This document shows, in pieces, positions 24,934 through 37,269 of a DNA stretch of 64,000 nucleotides (positions are counted from its first letter, which is position 1; each line of letters opens with the position of its first letter). The position numbers and the translations under genes were made by a program. The DNA lies in assembly GCA_013265495.1 (NCBI GenBank), contig MU061578.1:2241308-2305307 (forward strand), written 5' to 3'. The notes beneath the pieces were generated by a model. That model worked only from the letters and a program-made list of their open reading frames with translations. It ran no database searches and was not told where the DNA came from. The stretch comes from Vicugna vicugna. Lineage: Eukaryota.

Positions 24934-25295
24934 ATCATTTTAGCCCAAGAGCCTCCAGGAATACGTTCCCTAGGAAATACTTGGAAAGAATAACTACCAA
25001 ATGGCAGGGCCAGATCTTCCTCACTGCGGCTGAGTGGCCAAAGAACCGTTTTAGAAGCAGGACATACCTTGCCTGTGATCACAGCCTTTGGATTCTTACA
25101 TACCCTCCAAAAGTAGCCTTAATGTGCTCAGAAGTGCTTCTGTGTGTCACAAAATAAACAGCTGCATCATGTATCTCCTGATTCCCTCCTTCTTCGTAAA
25201 CCTTTTCCTTTCCGGTGAGAACACTGCCCCTTCCTCTGTTCTCTGGTCTGACTTCACCGGTGGTTCGGGATCTACCCTACGGGAGCCTTCTTGCC

Positions 25296-25314
25296 CCGTG
25301 CCCTCTAGTGGCTG
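25296..25314 (-). promoter_or_regulatory. Candidate CTCF binding site
   Basis: Minus strand cagCCACTAGAGGGCACgg matches the CTCF core CCASYAGRKGGCRS; occupancy unknown. Confidence 0.55.
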
Positions 25315-25354
25315 TCGCCATACCAACACCCACACTACATTGCTTGTCTGTTTG

Positions 25355-25901
25355 CTTTTCATTGAAGTAAAATCCACATAACAGAAAATTAACCATTTGA
25401 AATTGAACAATTCAATGGCTTTTAGTAACACTCGCAGTGTTGTACAATCACCACCTCCATCTATTTCCAAAAATTTATCACTCCCAAAAGAGACGGTATC
25501 TATATCCTTTAGCAATCACTCCCATTCCTCTCTCCTCCCAGCCCCCAGCAACCACCAATCTACTTTCTGCCCCCATGGACTTCTCTACTCTTAACATTCC
25601 ATAGAAATGGAATCACACAATATGTGGGGTTTTTTGTCTTCTTTCAAAACTCAGCATGATGTTTTCTGAGTTCCTACATGTTACAGGATGTGTCAGTGAC
25701 TTTGTTTCTTTTATGGCTGAATAATACTCCTTTGTACGGATAGACCAGAATTTAAATATCCATTCGTCTGATGATGGCCATTTGGGCTGTCTCTACCATT
25801 TGGTTATTGTGACTAGAGCTGCTACAGACATATGTGGACATGTATAAGAGTACCGCTTTTCAAATCATTTGGGTGCATAACTAGGAGTGGAAGAGCTGGG
25901 T
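25355..25901 (-). mobile_element. L1MB-like LINE-1 3' end
   Basis: ttgaagtaaaatccacataacagaaaattaaccattt...cccagcccccagcaaccaccaatctactttctg...ttttatggctgaataatactcc...taggagtggaagagctgggt. Confidence 0.9.
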
Positions 25902-25981
25902 GTCTGTTTCTAGTTTCTGGTTTGTTGGAGTGTCAGATCCCTGAGGGAGGGGGTTTCGTTCACTGACTCACCCACAGAGCC

Positions 25982-26095
25982 TAAGGTAACCAGCTGCCCT
26001 GGTCTTCCTGGAATTGTTGATTTCCCCAGGACGTGGGACTTCCAGTGATAAAACCTGGAAAGCCACAGACAAATGTAGACAAGCTGGTCACTCCA
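25982..26095. mobile_element. MER81 hAT-Blackjack MITE, full length (114 bp), inside an L2 3' end
   Basis: taaggtaaccagctg...tttccccaggacgtgggacttccagtgataaaacctggaaag...aagctggtcactcca with recognisable TIRs. Confidence 0.8.
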
Positions 26096-26684
26096 CCACC
26101 GTCCAGGACGTTATGTGACATGGAACGGCGATTCAACAAACATTTTTTAATTAAAAATTCCTTCCATTTATTTAGCATCTAGTTGATCACGACATGTCTC
26201 AGGCACACCGAGGCTTAAAGGGAAGGGTTTTCAACCCAATGAGATATTTATAGCAATCTATAAGATTATAGAAACCCATATTTTCAGTACAGTTAAAGCA
26301 TACACAGAGGGAGCATGGAAACTTTAAAATATGAAATTGCAGGTGGTTGCAGTGTTAAGGCTCCTTGATAAAGATGCCCAAGTAGTATCAAGGCTTCCCT
26401 GAGCTGGCAAGGAAGAAGAGCTCCACGTGCCAGACACCAGAGCAGAATATCGCTTCCTTATACTGAATGAGATTGGGCAGATCAGAAAACCACTGCTCAC
26501 GATAGAAAGCAGCAACTGCTATCTTTTCAGAGAAAGCCAGGGGCCCGTGGGAAATACTGCAGAGCTTTCAGGCGAGGATGGAGATTAGTTATGAGAGCTT
26601 TGGTTCTACCCAAGTAGAGATCCAGCAGACCTTGGCACTGGAAGTAAGGGAACCTCCTTCCATTCTGTGCCATTAAGAACAGCT

Positions 26685-27605
26685 TGAGATATCACTTCAC
26701 ACCTGTTAGAATAGCTATTATATATACAAAAAAAAGAAAGATAGCAGTTGTTGACAATAATGTGGAGAAAATGGAACCCTCGTGCACTCTTGGTGGGAAT
26801 CTAAATTGGTGTAGCCACTATGGAAAATAATACAGAGGTCCTTCAAAAATTAAAAATAGAATTATCATATGCTCCAGCAATCTCACTTCTGTGTATATAC
26901 CCAAGGGAAACGAAACCAGGATTTCAAAGAGATATGGCCCTTCTATGTTCATTGCAGCATTATTCATAATAGCCAAGACAAGGAATCTACCTAGATGTCC
27001 ATCAATGGGTAAATGGATAAAGCAAATATGACCTATACATACAATGGAACTGTACTCAGCCTCAGAGAAGAAAGGAAGCCTGCCGTTTGAGACAACATGG
27101 AGGAACCCGGAAGATATTATATTGAGTGAAATAAGTCAGACACAGAAGGACAAATATTGCACAATACCACTCACACGAGGGATCTGAAACAGTCAAAATC
27201 GCAGAAGCAGGGAGGGGAACGGTGGTGGCCAGAAGGGGACGGGGAGCAGTGGAAAGATTTTGGACAGAGGGTACGCAGTTTCAGGCCTTCTAGGTGAGTA
27301 CGCATAGCACAGCGCCCACAGCGGACAATACCGTGTTACACACTCCAAAATCGGCTAAGAGGGTAGATCTCGTGTTGTGTTCTTATCACAAAGCAACAAC
27401 AACAGCAGCAGCAACAATAATAATTAAATAAACAAATACAGAGGGTAGAAGGAAACTTTTGGAGGTAACGGTTGTGTTTATGGCACAGATTCTAATGATG
27501 ATTTCATGTGTGTGTATTTATCTCCAGACTCATCAATTTGCATACATTAAATATGTACACAGATTCTTGTATATTAGCATGCTTCAATGAGGCGGTTTTT
27601 AAAAT
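26685..27605 (+). mobile_element. L1MB1/2- or L1MA10-like LINE-1 3' end
   Basis: gagatatcacttcacacctgttagaatagctatt...tggagaaaatggaaccctcgtgcact...gagggtagatctc...ggaaacttttggaggtaacgg...tacattaaatatgtaca. Confidence 0.9.
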
Positions 27606-28089
27606 TTTCTAATACATTTTTAAAAAATAGAACGAGATGGGAATAGCTAGAGAAACTGTCGATGAGACTCTGAACGTGCAGTGATTGCAGGAGGAGCCTG
27701 AGAATTTGTGCATTTGAATGTCCTGATAGGATTGGATGGCATTTCAGGAAACGTATGAGATGTGAGTGGAGAGAGGCAAAGGAGAGGTCAGGGATCATAC
27801 AGGCAGGGTCCATGAAAGACTCCGAGTGGGAGCATCAGAACAGACACACACCTAACTTCACCAATTCCCAGTGAGAACAAACAGTGTCTGTACCCGAGGG
27901 TGGCCTCGTGTTTCCACCGACTTTTCTATAAGCTGGACATCTCGGGGCATTATGCCAGTATTCGTTCAAACATTCTAAACTAAACCTTGCCCTCACATAT
28001 AGGAAGTCATGCTACAGAACTCCTCTTGACACTGCTAAAACTAAATATCTGAGGAAAAGTGAAGAAAGGAAATATAAATAAAAGCTTCA

Positions 28090-28285
28090 AAGTGTTACGT
28101 GTGTGTTTGCTCTCAATCCTACAACACCTCAGACAGGGATACACTAGCAGCATCCCCATTTCACAAGTGTGGAAACGGAGGTTCCACAAGCTGAAAGGCT
28201 GTGTTTAAAGTCATGAGATGGTCAAGGTAGGAGCTGTTCTGATTGCAGATGCTGTGTTTTTCAGTTGCCTCACGCTGCCTCTCTC
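28090..28285 (-). mobile_element. MIR SINE
   Basis: aatcctacaacacc...catccccatttcacaagtgtggaaacggaggttccac. Confidence 0.65.
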
Positions 28286-28921
28286 ATGTCCCACTCACTC
28301 TTTCTGGACCAGCTCAACGGGGAAGTGGAGTCAAGGTTCACTGTCCATGGAGGGTCAGTAGCTCTTTCCCTACAGTGGCATATTAATGAGCCTTTCTGCC
28401 ATCTGACAGACCACATGTTGCCTGCGTGTGCATGCATAACCTCCCTCCGCCATGTCCAAAAAGTGACAGTCCTCGGTTAGATTAGGATGTCAAATTCATC
28501 ATTGCCTGCCTCTTCTGACATCCAACACCTTGTACTTGCAACACATCATTTCTTTATTAGTGATCAGCAGAACTGTGCTCATAGGAGCTTTCCTATTCTG
28601 GGTCTTAATTTTGTACATTTCCAGTTTCCATGGAGACGCTACATTCTTGCATTCTACGAGTGTCACTGTAAAACAATGTGAAAACAAAGCAACTTCACAG
28701 AAATGGCTCACTCCGGACATCACCAAGCAACACCCTCATCAAACACATAGGGCTGCTGCGCTGCGTTTTGGGGTTAACTGCTGAGGCCAAGCTCCCTTCT
28801 TTCTCCTCCAGTCTAAGAGATGTGCTTCATGCCCATCCTGGGGACCAAGCTCATGGTTACGAGAACATCTCCAGGCCTCCCTGCTTCAATTATTGCACCA
28901 CTGGTATAATAAAGTCGAGAG

Positions 28922-28935
28922 GTAACTATGGCAAC
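28922..28935. promoter_or_regulatory. Candidate RFX X-box
   Basis: GTAACTATGGCAAC fits the GTNRCN-ATGGYAAC X-box pattern, in unique sequence. Confidence 0.45.
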
Positions 28936-29384
28936 ATTATTCCGAGGATAAATACCACAATATCGCCTTCAACATTTTCCCCCCACAAACAAATGAAAAA
29001 CCGAGAACACGTAGGATTAATAGCATCACTTGTTAAAAAGCCACTGGACAGCAGAGCTCAGAAAAGCTTTAATTAGTGGAGTCTTTCCTGGCTCAGCCTG
29101 CCTCCCACAGAGAAAGCGCACGTGGATAGTCAGCCTCAGAATTCAGTATCACTGAACCTGGGCACCATCGGGCACCCCACACCTGGGTTTCTAGAAGGTC
29201 ACAAGATGTCCTGGTTCTGCTTTCACTAAAACAGTCACGTTGTGGGAAGGGGTTACGGCTTACTTCTGAAGTAGAGAACTTCATGGTGGGCCAGGGTCAA
29301 CTACTTTCGTGTTGAGTAGAGCACAGCAAGGGGAAAGGCTTCATCACCAGAGCTCCCCATTGCTTAAGACTTGATAGAAGTGGT

Positions 29385-30048
29385 CTGGCATAGTGGTTGA
29401 AAGCATGGGCTTGGAATCAGACAGATAACTTGAGCTGAAGACTCTGTTCCTTCACTTACTAGTTCTTTGACCTTAAGCTAGTTACTTAACCTCTCCAGGC
29501 CTCAGTTTCCTCACTTGTAAAGTGGGGATAATGGCCAAACTCGTAGCACTGTTGTCAGGATTAAGTGAAATCACATGTGTGGCCACCTGTCCAAAAGAAC
29601 TCACTTCCTCTGGGTCACATCTACACATTTCCCAGTCTCCCTGTGACTGAGTTATGACCAATGCACTATGAGTTGAAATGATGTGTCCTTCTAGGCTGGT
29701 CCATTAAAAATGTCCCACCTATGTCCCTCCATGCTCTTGCCCGCCTCTGCTGGCTGAACGCCAACACCAAGGGCAGACTTGGAACCTATTCGATGATGAT
29801 GGCAGATCAACTGGGTTTTAATTTAGAGACTCATTCTAACCTGAATGACTGCATGGACCAAAGCTCCTCTATCGTTTGCCAACCAGGAATAACTGAATTA
29901 AACAGTTACTGATAAAGGAAGAAACCTCTACTGTGATAAGTTACTACAGTTTTATCATCTAGCACAACCCTTAGTTATACAAATGCAACATGCTTAGCCT
30001 AGTTCCTGACACGCCATGAAGACTCAGTACCTGTTACGTATATTACTG
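29385..30048 (+). mobile_element. MIR SINE split by an MLT1 LTR
   Basis: ggcatagtggttgaaagcatgggc...gttacttaacctctccaggcctcagtttcctcacttgtaaagtggggataat...gattaagtgaaat; tail resumes at 29982 (gcttagcctagttcctgacac). Confidence 0.85.
29578..29981 (+). mobile_element. MaLR solo LTR, MLT1J-like
   Basis: TG...ctacacatttcccagtctcc...gtgactgagttatgaccaatg...cctgaatgactgcatgga...agaaacctctactgtgataag...ataCA. Confidence 0.75.
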
Positions 30049-31204
30049 AAACGAGGTCAATTTTCCTGAAACACTGGCCAATTTGCCAAGAACTCTTTCA
30101 AACACCATCTCCACTGATTTCATGGAGTCTCTTTGATTCATAGAGTTAGGTGTAAGCTTTTCTGCTGCAATAAGTAATGAAGTACAAATTGAGGAAATTA
30201 GTTATCAATTAGTCACTCGATGGTTGGGAAGGCAGGCGGCAGGCATAAATGGTGCCAGATTAGTTAAGCCATGATAAGTTTTATTGCTCTACATGGGTTG
30301 GGTCTTTATCCATTACTTCTCAAATTTATCTTTATTATTGGGCCCTGGACATGAGACAGGGCCTGGATGTGGAAGGAGGCAAGAGACCAGCTAGGGCATT
30401 TGAGAGATGTGACAAACTCCACAGCGAAGATGGTTCCCAATGAGACTGTTCATGAGTGACCGCAAGGGGAAAAGGCAGCAGGGAAGCTGTGTTCATCTTT
30501 TCTCACTGCCCTCTCTGTAGGGTTTCCCGTTTTCCTAAGGAAGTCCCACAGTTTGCATGCCCTTTCCCTATAATTATCACAACATATGACACTCCCATGG
30601 TGTTTTGTATGTCAATTCCCTGCAGGAAGTAAGAGGGGATCTTTCTGCTCATCTGGAAGATGTAAAAATGGGGCTCATGGAGATTAAGCAGCAACCGACA
30701 AAGGGGAGGCAAAGGATTTTTCTAGTCTGCAAGTTCCTGTGACCACTACATATTTGTATCTCTCCTAGAGCCTAAATTTTTTCATAGCCTTCCATTACGC
30801 TTGCTAGGATACCCAAACTTTCACCATGACCTCTGAGGACTTTCAAGGTCTTGGGCCTGTGTGCTCTCTAATTATATCTCCCACCGTTCTCCCCTCTTCA
30901 TCTTGCCCTCCAGCTCCAAATGAACTGGATGGAAGCTGATAAAACAGATTCCTAGGGGAAATGGTCTTCTTTACTGGTCAACAAAGCCCTTTATATTATA
31001 GGTTAAGTTTCAGGAGAAGCCACTGGCTTAGTCTATGTAATACCCAAGAGCCACACAGCATCAATGATTCATTCCACAGGGTCAGGCCAGACCAAAGGGG
31101 GTCTTCTAACCAATGGGCTTCTAAACCGAGACTCTCCAAGCCTTGGTCTCATCCAATTTAACCCTCAGCCAGCTGCCAATATCATCAATTAAAACACTCC
31201 TCTA

Positions 31205-31605
31205 CTTTATAATAATAATAGATAGCATGCATCTTGCACTCACTGGGTCCAAGCACGTTACATATAGTGACACATTTAATAAGAACTGTAAGTTTCTTCT
31301 GTGTTGCACAGGGAACTGTTCAATATCACGTAATAACCTCTAATGGAAAAAATTATGTAAACATGCATGTATATGCATGGCTGGGACATTGTGCTGTACA
31401 CCAGAGACTGACACATTGTAACTGACTGTACTTCAATTAAAATAAATAAATTGTTTTAAAAACAAGAACTTTAGAAGTAAGACACCATTTTTATTCTCAT
31501 TTTACTGATGAAGAAATTAAAGCTTAAGGAGGGTAACATAGCTTATGTGGCAGGCCCTGCATTCAAACCCAGGTACTCTGGATTTCAACTACCACATTTT
31601 GCCAA
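31205..31605 (-). mobile_element. MIR SINE split by a short L1 insertion
   Basis: ttattctcattttactgatgaagaaattaaagcttaagga...attcaaacccaggt. Confidence 0.75.
31291..31460 (+). mobile_element. Severely 5'-truncated young L1 tail with TSD
   Basis: gcacagggaactgttcaatatc...gggacattgtgctgtacaccagagactgacacattgtaactgactgtacttcaattaaaa; TSD aataagaactgta (31278-31290) / aacaagaacttta (31461-31473). Confidence 0.9.
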
Positions 31606-31995
31606 CTCCAGTAAAATATTTTTGTGGCCAAAGTTACCCTCAAAAGCCCCCTAATATGCCTATAAAGTGCCACCCATGTGGCATTATCAATACTTGTACA
31701 TTAACTCATGCACTAAAGCTTGAGGACCGTTGAGCTAGATTAGAAAAGGGAGCAAAAAGAAAGGCTTTATGCTGATGTTAGATAATTATCAAATACCTAT
31801 CAGTCAAAGGGTGCTGTGCAGCGAATCCTTTATTGTTTCTGCTTCCTTGCAGAGTTCAGGTCTTTGGTTTTCCTGTCAAGATTCTATGACTTCCACATGG
31901 TTGTCTACTTGCCCCTGGATATGAAAATTAAATGAGATCGAATGATACATTTGGAATAGTACCCTATAACGAGTAGTACCCTGTATACAGAATAG

Positions 31996-32202
31996 CAGTG
32001 GTGTGATGGTAAATGCTTAACAACCAGCTCTCTGGAGAGTGTAAATCGCTGATTTGTAGTGTTTTCTGGTTTCCATGGTGTAAATATTCCAACTATGGCC
32101 AATTTCAAGGTGCCAGTATAACACCAACCAACTGGCAGATTTCCTTGAAATTTGACAATCAGCTCTCCCCAGTCAGTATGAACTGGCTGCCACACACCAT
32201 CG
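31996..32202. mobile_element. MER63-family hAT-Blackjack MITE
   Basis: cagtggtgtgatggtaaatgcttaacaaccagctctc...ggtgtaaatattccaactatggccaatttcaag...cacacaccatcg. Confidence 0.85.
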
Positions 32203-33761
32203 GAGGACAGGCCCTATAGACAGCTCTTAGAGACAGAAGCAACGACACTGCACATATTTGGAGAGATTCCTTCTGTCTGCCACGTGGAAACAGAGCTAGA
32301 GCTCTCCCGAGGTGAAATTCTACACAATTATATCCAAAAACTTTTTTAGAATAAACAGTAAAATAATAACAACTAGTGTACAAAGTATAGAATTTGTAGA
32401 CAAGTTACACCAACCAAGCTTTATTTTCTCGTAAATTTTCTACGTAACGGCCCTTAAATCTTTGTTTCTAGAATTTTAATAAGCACATTATGAGGACTGA
32501 GCTACACCCATTATTATTGTTCAGTTGTTATTGTTATTAGGGGGCCATTATTAAAGTTTGGTGCACACAGGGGCACACACAGATGCTGGCACTCTTTTTT
32601 GAACCATTTTTGTACATGTTTTCCTTTTCTCTTAATTTCTTTCTTTCCATCTACCTTGAAACACAATATAGGTCTCAAAGTTGTTCGAGTCCAAAGTAGA
32701 CGAGTGAGCAAAGTGCTCCATCCAGGATTGTCTAAATTACTCCGTGTGTCATGAAACCCAAATTGCTTCTCCTCCTTAGCCTCCTAACAGGTTCTCTTAT
32801 CACAGGTAATTCAGAGATGAGTTATCAGCCTTTTCTGAAACCTTTCTAAAATGCCTGCTCATCTTCAATTTGGGGTGGGTCGTTCTCTCTGGAGGAGAAA
32901 AGAAGGATTCTATGACCCATGAAGGAAGCAGCCTCCTGGGACGCATGGTGCCATGAGTATGGGGCTCAGACAGCTAGGTGAGTGTGGAGAATAAAAGGGG
33001 GGCCCTCCAAACGCATTTAATCATCAGATGTTTGGAGTCAAAGATAAACTATCTCAATTTTGAGACTGTGTGGTTTTTTTTCCTTCTATGAAAAGAACTG
33101 ATATCATATAGCTAGGATATTTTTCAGTTCTTCTGGGCAATAACCAATACCAGATGATCCTCATCTTCAGTGCAATCCTAGAGCTGATGAGGCTTTGCGA
33201 CTCTGTATCTGTGTGACTTTGGGCAAGTGTCTTGCCCTCTCTGACCTTCAGAGTTCATCCTACCTGAATCGAGAATGTTATGATCCACTGTCACCCTGTG
33301 GCCCCACCCCCCTCTTTGACACCAAGGTCAACTATGTGCAAATCTATCTGAATTTAAGTACAAGTCTACACTGGGTGTATTAACTTCTCTATTCAGTGGT
33401 ATCTGCCCACTGGCTTCCAAGAGGTGTCAAATGACATAATGGATATGAAAGCTCTTTGGGAAAAAAGAAAGATAAGGGCTGCACAAATGTAGGGCATTAT
33501 TAATGTTAATTACTTGCAAGTGATATGCATAATGCCCAGAATCAGTGAATTTTAGAGCTAGAAAGAAACTTTATAATCACGCAGCCTAATCCAACATCTC
33601 TCTACCACAGCCTAAATGTTACACAGCCTGCAGAGAGAGCTCCTTAAACTGCCTGGATAAGAGAGAAAGCAACACTTCTTCATCTAATCACAAGAAAATG
33701 ACCACTGTTCTCTGAGGCTGAGTCAGGTATCAAAAGCCTTTTGTTTCATTTTATCTCAGAT

Positions 33762-33976
33762 CGGCATGAGCAGGTAAATGTTCAACCACTGTTTCTCCCC
33801 CTTCCCCAACTCCATTAAAAGCCCTGATGTTCATTATTTGCCCATTCTGGTGGTGTAAATACTTCACTGTGACCAATTTCAAGTTAGCAACAGGAAGCTA
33901 CTGAATGTGGGGTCAGGAAGAGAGACACACAAGAGGTTCTTGTGATCTGAGATAAGGGAGCTCCAGCAGCCCACGC
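33762..33976. mobile_element. MER63A-like hAT-Blackjack MITE
   Basis: ggtaaatgttcaac...aaaagccctgat...ggtgtaaatacttcactgtgaccaatttcaag...ggaagagagacacac...gctccagca. Confidence 0.75.
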
Positions 33977-34049
33977 AGCCTCAGACGACTTTAAAATCAC
34001 TGAGTCCCTGACCTCAGGGGATTCCAGGAGCAGCTATGGAGATGAATCT

Positions 34050-34335
34050 GTGAGCAGGGAACTAAAACATAAGCTGATTAGAGTAACAGTAGAGAAAGCG
34101 GGTTCTGCGTGCTGTGGGAACCCAGAGGACAGCAGTTAATGAAAGCAGCTACAAGAAGGAGGAGGCTTTTGAGATGGGGTTTGAGGGATGTGTAGGAACA
34201 TGTCAGGCGAGCAAGGTGAGAGGTAACAGGAAAGAACCCCAGAAGCAGAACAGGGCAAAGAGGGTTTGCCCAAGCAAAGGCAAAGAGGGATGAGGGTTTT
34301 CAGGGCACGGTAACCAGTCCGATGTGACTGAAGGG
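34050..34335 (-). mobile_element. L2 fragment
   Basis: gtgctgtgggaacccagagga...ttttgagatggggtttgagggatgtgtagga...caaaggcaaagagg. Confidence 0.6.
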
Positions 34336-34444
34336 TTTGTGCTAAAGCAGCTCCCAGCCCAGAAGTTGGTGACATGAGGAGGAAGAAGCCCTTGAGAAGT
34401 CTTTCTCCATTTAATATGTCCTTTCTCCTGAGAGGATGCAATCC

Positions 34445-34600
34445 AAGCTGTCCGATAGAAATGCAATGCAACTCACACATGTAATTCTAAACTTTCCAGT
34501 AGCCACACAGAAACAAAGAAAAATGGATAAAATTTAATTTTAAAATGTTTTCTTTAACCCAATATGTAAAAAAAAAAATGATGATTTCAATATGTGACAT
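34445..34600. mobile_element. MER33-like hAT-Charlie fragment
   Basis: gctgtccgatagaaatgcaatgcaactcacacatgtaattctaaactttccagtagccaca...tttaacccaatatgt. Confidence 0.75.
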
Positions 34601-37269
34601 TGGTCGTGCACCACCAACCATTGGCTCCTGGGTTGGAAGGCACAATACTGAAGGGTTATGATCTCTTTGTGAGAATGTGAAAAACTTCCTCCTTCCTCAG
34701 GGCACGCTTTTGGTTTAAAAGAACTCTGATTTGTCTGGTCTCATGGGCATTGCCTCTGATGACACTTGATTACAACCCACAACCAGCGATACCTGAGCAC
34801 AACTTTGCAGGGTCTGGCAGGATTGCTAAGATCCTCAGTAAGGACTTGCGGCCCAATCCCCTGAACTACTGCTTGAGGAGGAAGGCACTGGGAAGGGGAA
34901 CCTAGAGGAGGGCAGGAACTCCCAGGTTTTGAGACAAATATGATAGAGCATCACCCTTGACCTAAAATAGTAGAAAACCTAAGAAGCTTCTTCAGATGAA
35001 GACGAATGGTCAACATGGCTCTCGTGCACAGGAAAGAAATGAAGAGAGGTCTGGTGGTGAAACACACAGAGGGGGAGACACCAGTTAAACTGGAATAATA
35101 TTGGAAGACAAATCAACAGCATCAAGTGTAAAAGGAAAAAAAAAAAAAGGTCATCCACCCAACGTTCCAGTTTACCCCTGGAACACGCGTGGAACATTCC
35201 AGCCTCTATTTCTTCAGGTTAAGTGGACACACTCCTGGAGAAATAGGGGAGAAGTAGACAATGCATCTATCATCTGCATACCTATCCCCTTTCTCCACCC
35301 TCTCCAACCAGAACATAGCAAAAGCTCCACCTTTGAGAGCTGTGAGAATTAAAATGGGTTCCTTGAAGAAAAGCGCTTAGAAGAGGACCAGCCTGACAGC
35401 AGGTGGAAGCAGTTCTTTGCTCTCTTTATTGTTATGCACGGCAAGCGCCCTGCCTGACACAACACCTACTCAGTTGAGATTTTGTTGCCGTTGGTTATGG
35501 TACAGATCGTGAGGCTGACTAAGTTCAACCATTACCCCACTCCCCAGCCAGATGGCTCTCTCCAGGGAGGTTCTGGAAGTTGCTCTTCCTCAGCCCACCT
35601 GGTTCTTCCAGCCTAGACTACCCTGTATCCTGCTTCTGGAGGGTCAAATCATACCCTCATTCTGAAGCCTCATTCTTCCCTGAATCCTTCTCGAGCTTAC
35701 ACAACCCCCACTCATTCCTCTTTCTCTGAAGTCATACGTGATACGTATTCTGTCCTGTACAACTGGACCCCGAGTCATGCCCAGCTGGGCAGTGATTGCC
35801 CGAAGCTGCCTGTGTGGATGCCTTGTCCAACAGTCCCAGTGAGTTGAGTAAAGGATGCACCATGATTCAGATATGGCCCCTGAGGATGCAAAAGTTCCTT
35901 CCCTCGAGGGCATCTCAGTATAGAAGGTTCCTTCAGAATAAAAAATATAGCCCCACTTATACTTTTCAAATCACCTAAAAAAGCACTGGGCTCATGAAAG
36001 CTGCTCTAATACCTTCTGATGGATTGAAAAAAAAAAAGACAGACAGACAGACAGACCTTAAATTCCCCAGTAGAAGCCCTTGTACCATATGATAGGAAGA
36101 CATAAGCCCCTCATCCTATCACTCTCTAAAGACCCTTAGGCTCCAGAATCAGAAAACCTCTCATTATACGGACACTGCATTGTTTAAAAGTCCAATTTAA
36201 TATTTTCCCTCACTTCTGAAATTCTCCCAGGTCTCAGGCTGCCAAAGGATTGGGCAGAGCAGAGTATTTCTAGTCAATGGTAGCATTATCACATGATTCC
36301 CGTTAATCCCTAAATACTGGAAATAGCACACCTAGTATTTAGCAAAAGTCTAGCTTCTTAATACAGCAGGTATTAAGGTAGGCATTAGGTGTTTTGGAGA
36401 GCAGGAAAATCTTATATCCCTTTCCTACCCTATAAGGATTTTTTTTTCTTTAACAAAAGTTTCTTCCCAAAGTTTCACTTTAAATATAAAATATGTCCTT
36501 GTGGAAGCTGTTACAAATGTCACCACTTTAACCGGCCCAAATTTATGGTGGCATTGAATTTTAATGGAGCCATAAATGTCTGATGTAATGGTGATATATG
36601 CATCGCAATAAATTGTTATAGAGAAATATAAAAATAAGTGTAAGATAAAAGATTGTGTATAAAATATGTTTTTACATCTCCTTTAATGATTAAAAATCAT
36701 ACAAACTTGATATTCTAAATCACTCGGAATTGCCATTTGTGGCTCAGAGAACATTTTCTCCCCTGAAAGTCTTTTCCCAGGCTGAGTTGATGATTCTGTG
36801 GTCAGAAATCACATCCGCTTTAATGAGGACATTTAAGATGATTTTTATGTTGACGTGGGGAAAAAAAGTAATTAGCATTAAAGAAGATGGAGATGATGAT
36901 ATCGATGACCCTTTGCCTTGGGAATAGCCCTCTGAAACTGGCAGGATTGATGGGCCCATGGCCTTGTGACAACTCCCGCTGTCTTCAGGGCGACCCTAAC
37001 ACTCACCCGGGCGTCTTGAAGTGAGTTGGCAGCTCCAAGGACAGATCAGGGAGAAGGGAGGGGGCAGGGACAAGCAGCAGGAGGTAAGGCTGTGGCTGGG
37101 GGAGGAGATGAGCTGAGAGTGGCCACAGACGATGCCGGGCTGCTGTCCCAGCTCCAGCACTGACTTGCTGGAAGAAGTGCTTTCACCTCTCCGAGCCTCA
37201 GTTTCCCACCAACAAAACAGAGGTGATCTTAGCACCAAGGGATGTGCATTTTTATTTTTACCACCTGCC

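Noticed and set aside
24761..25157. FLSFFLSF hydrophobic ORFs
   Set aside because: Translations of the (TTTC)n microsatellite.
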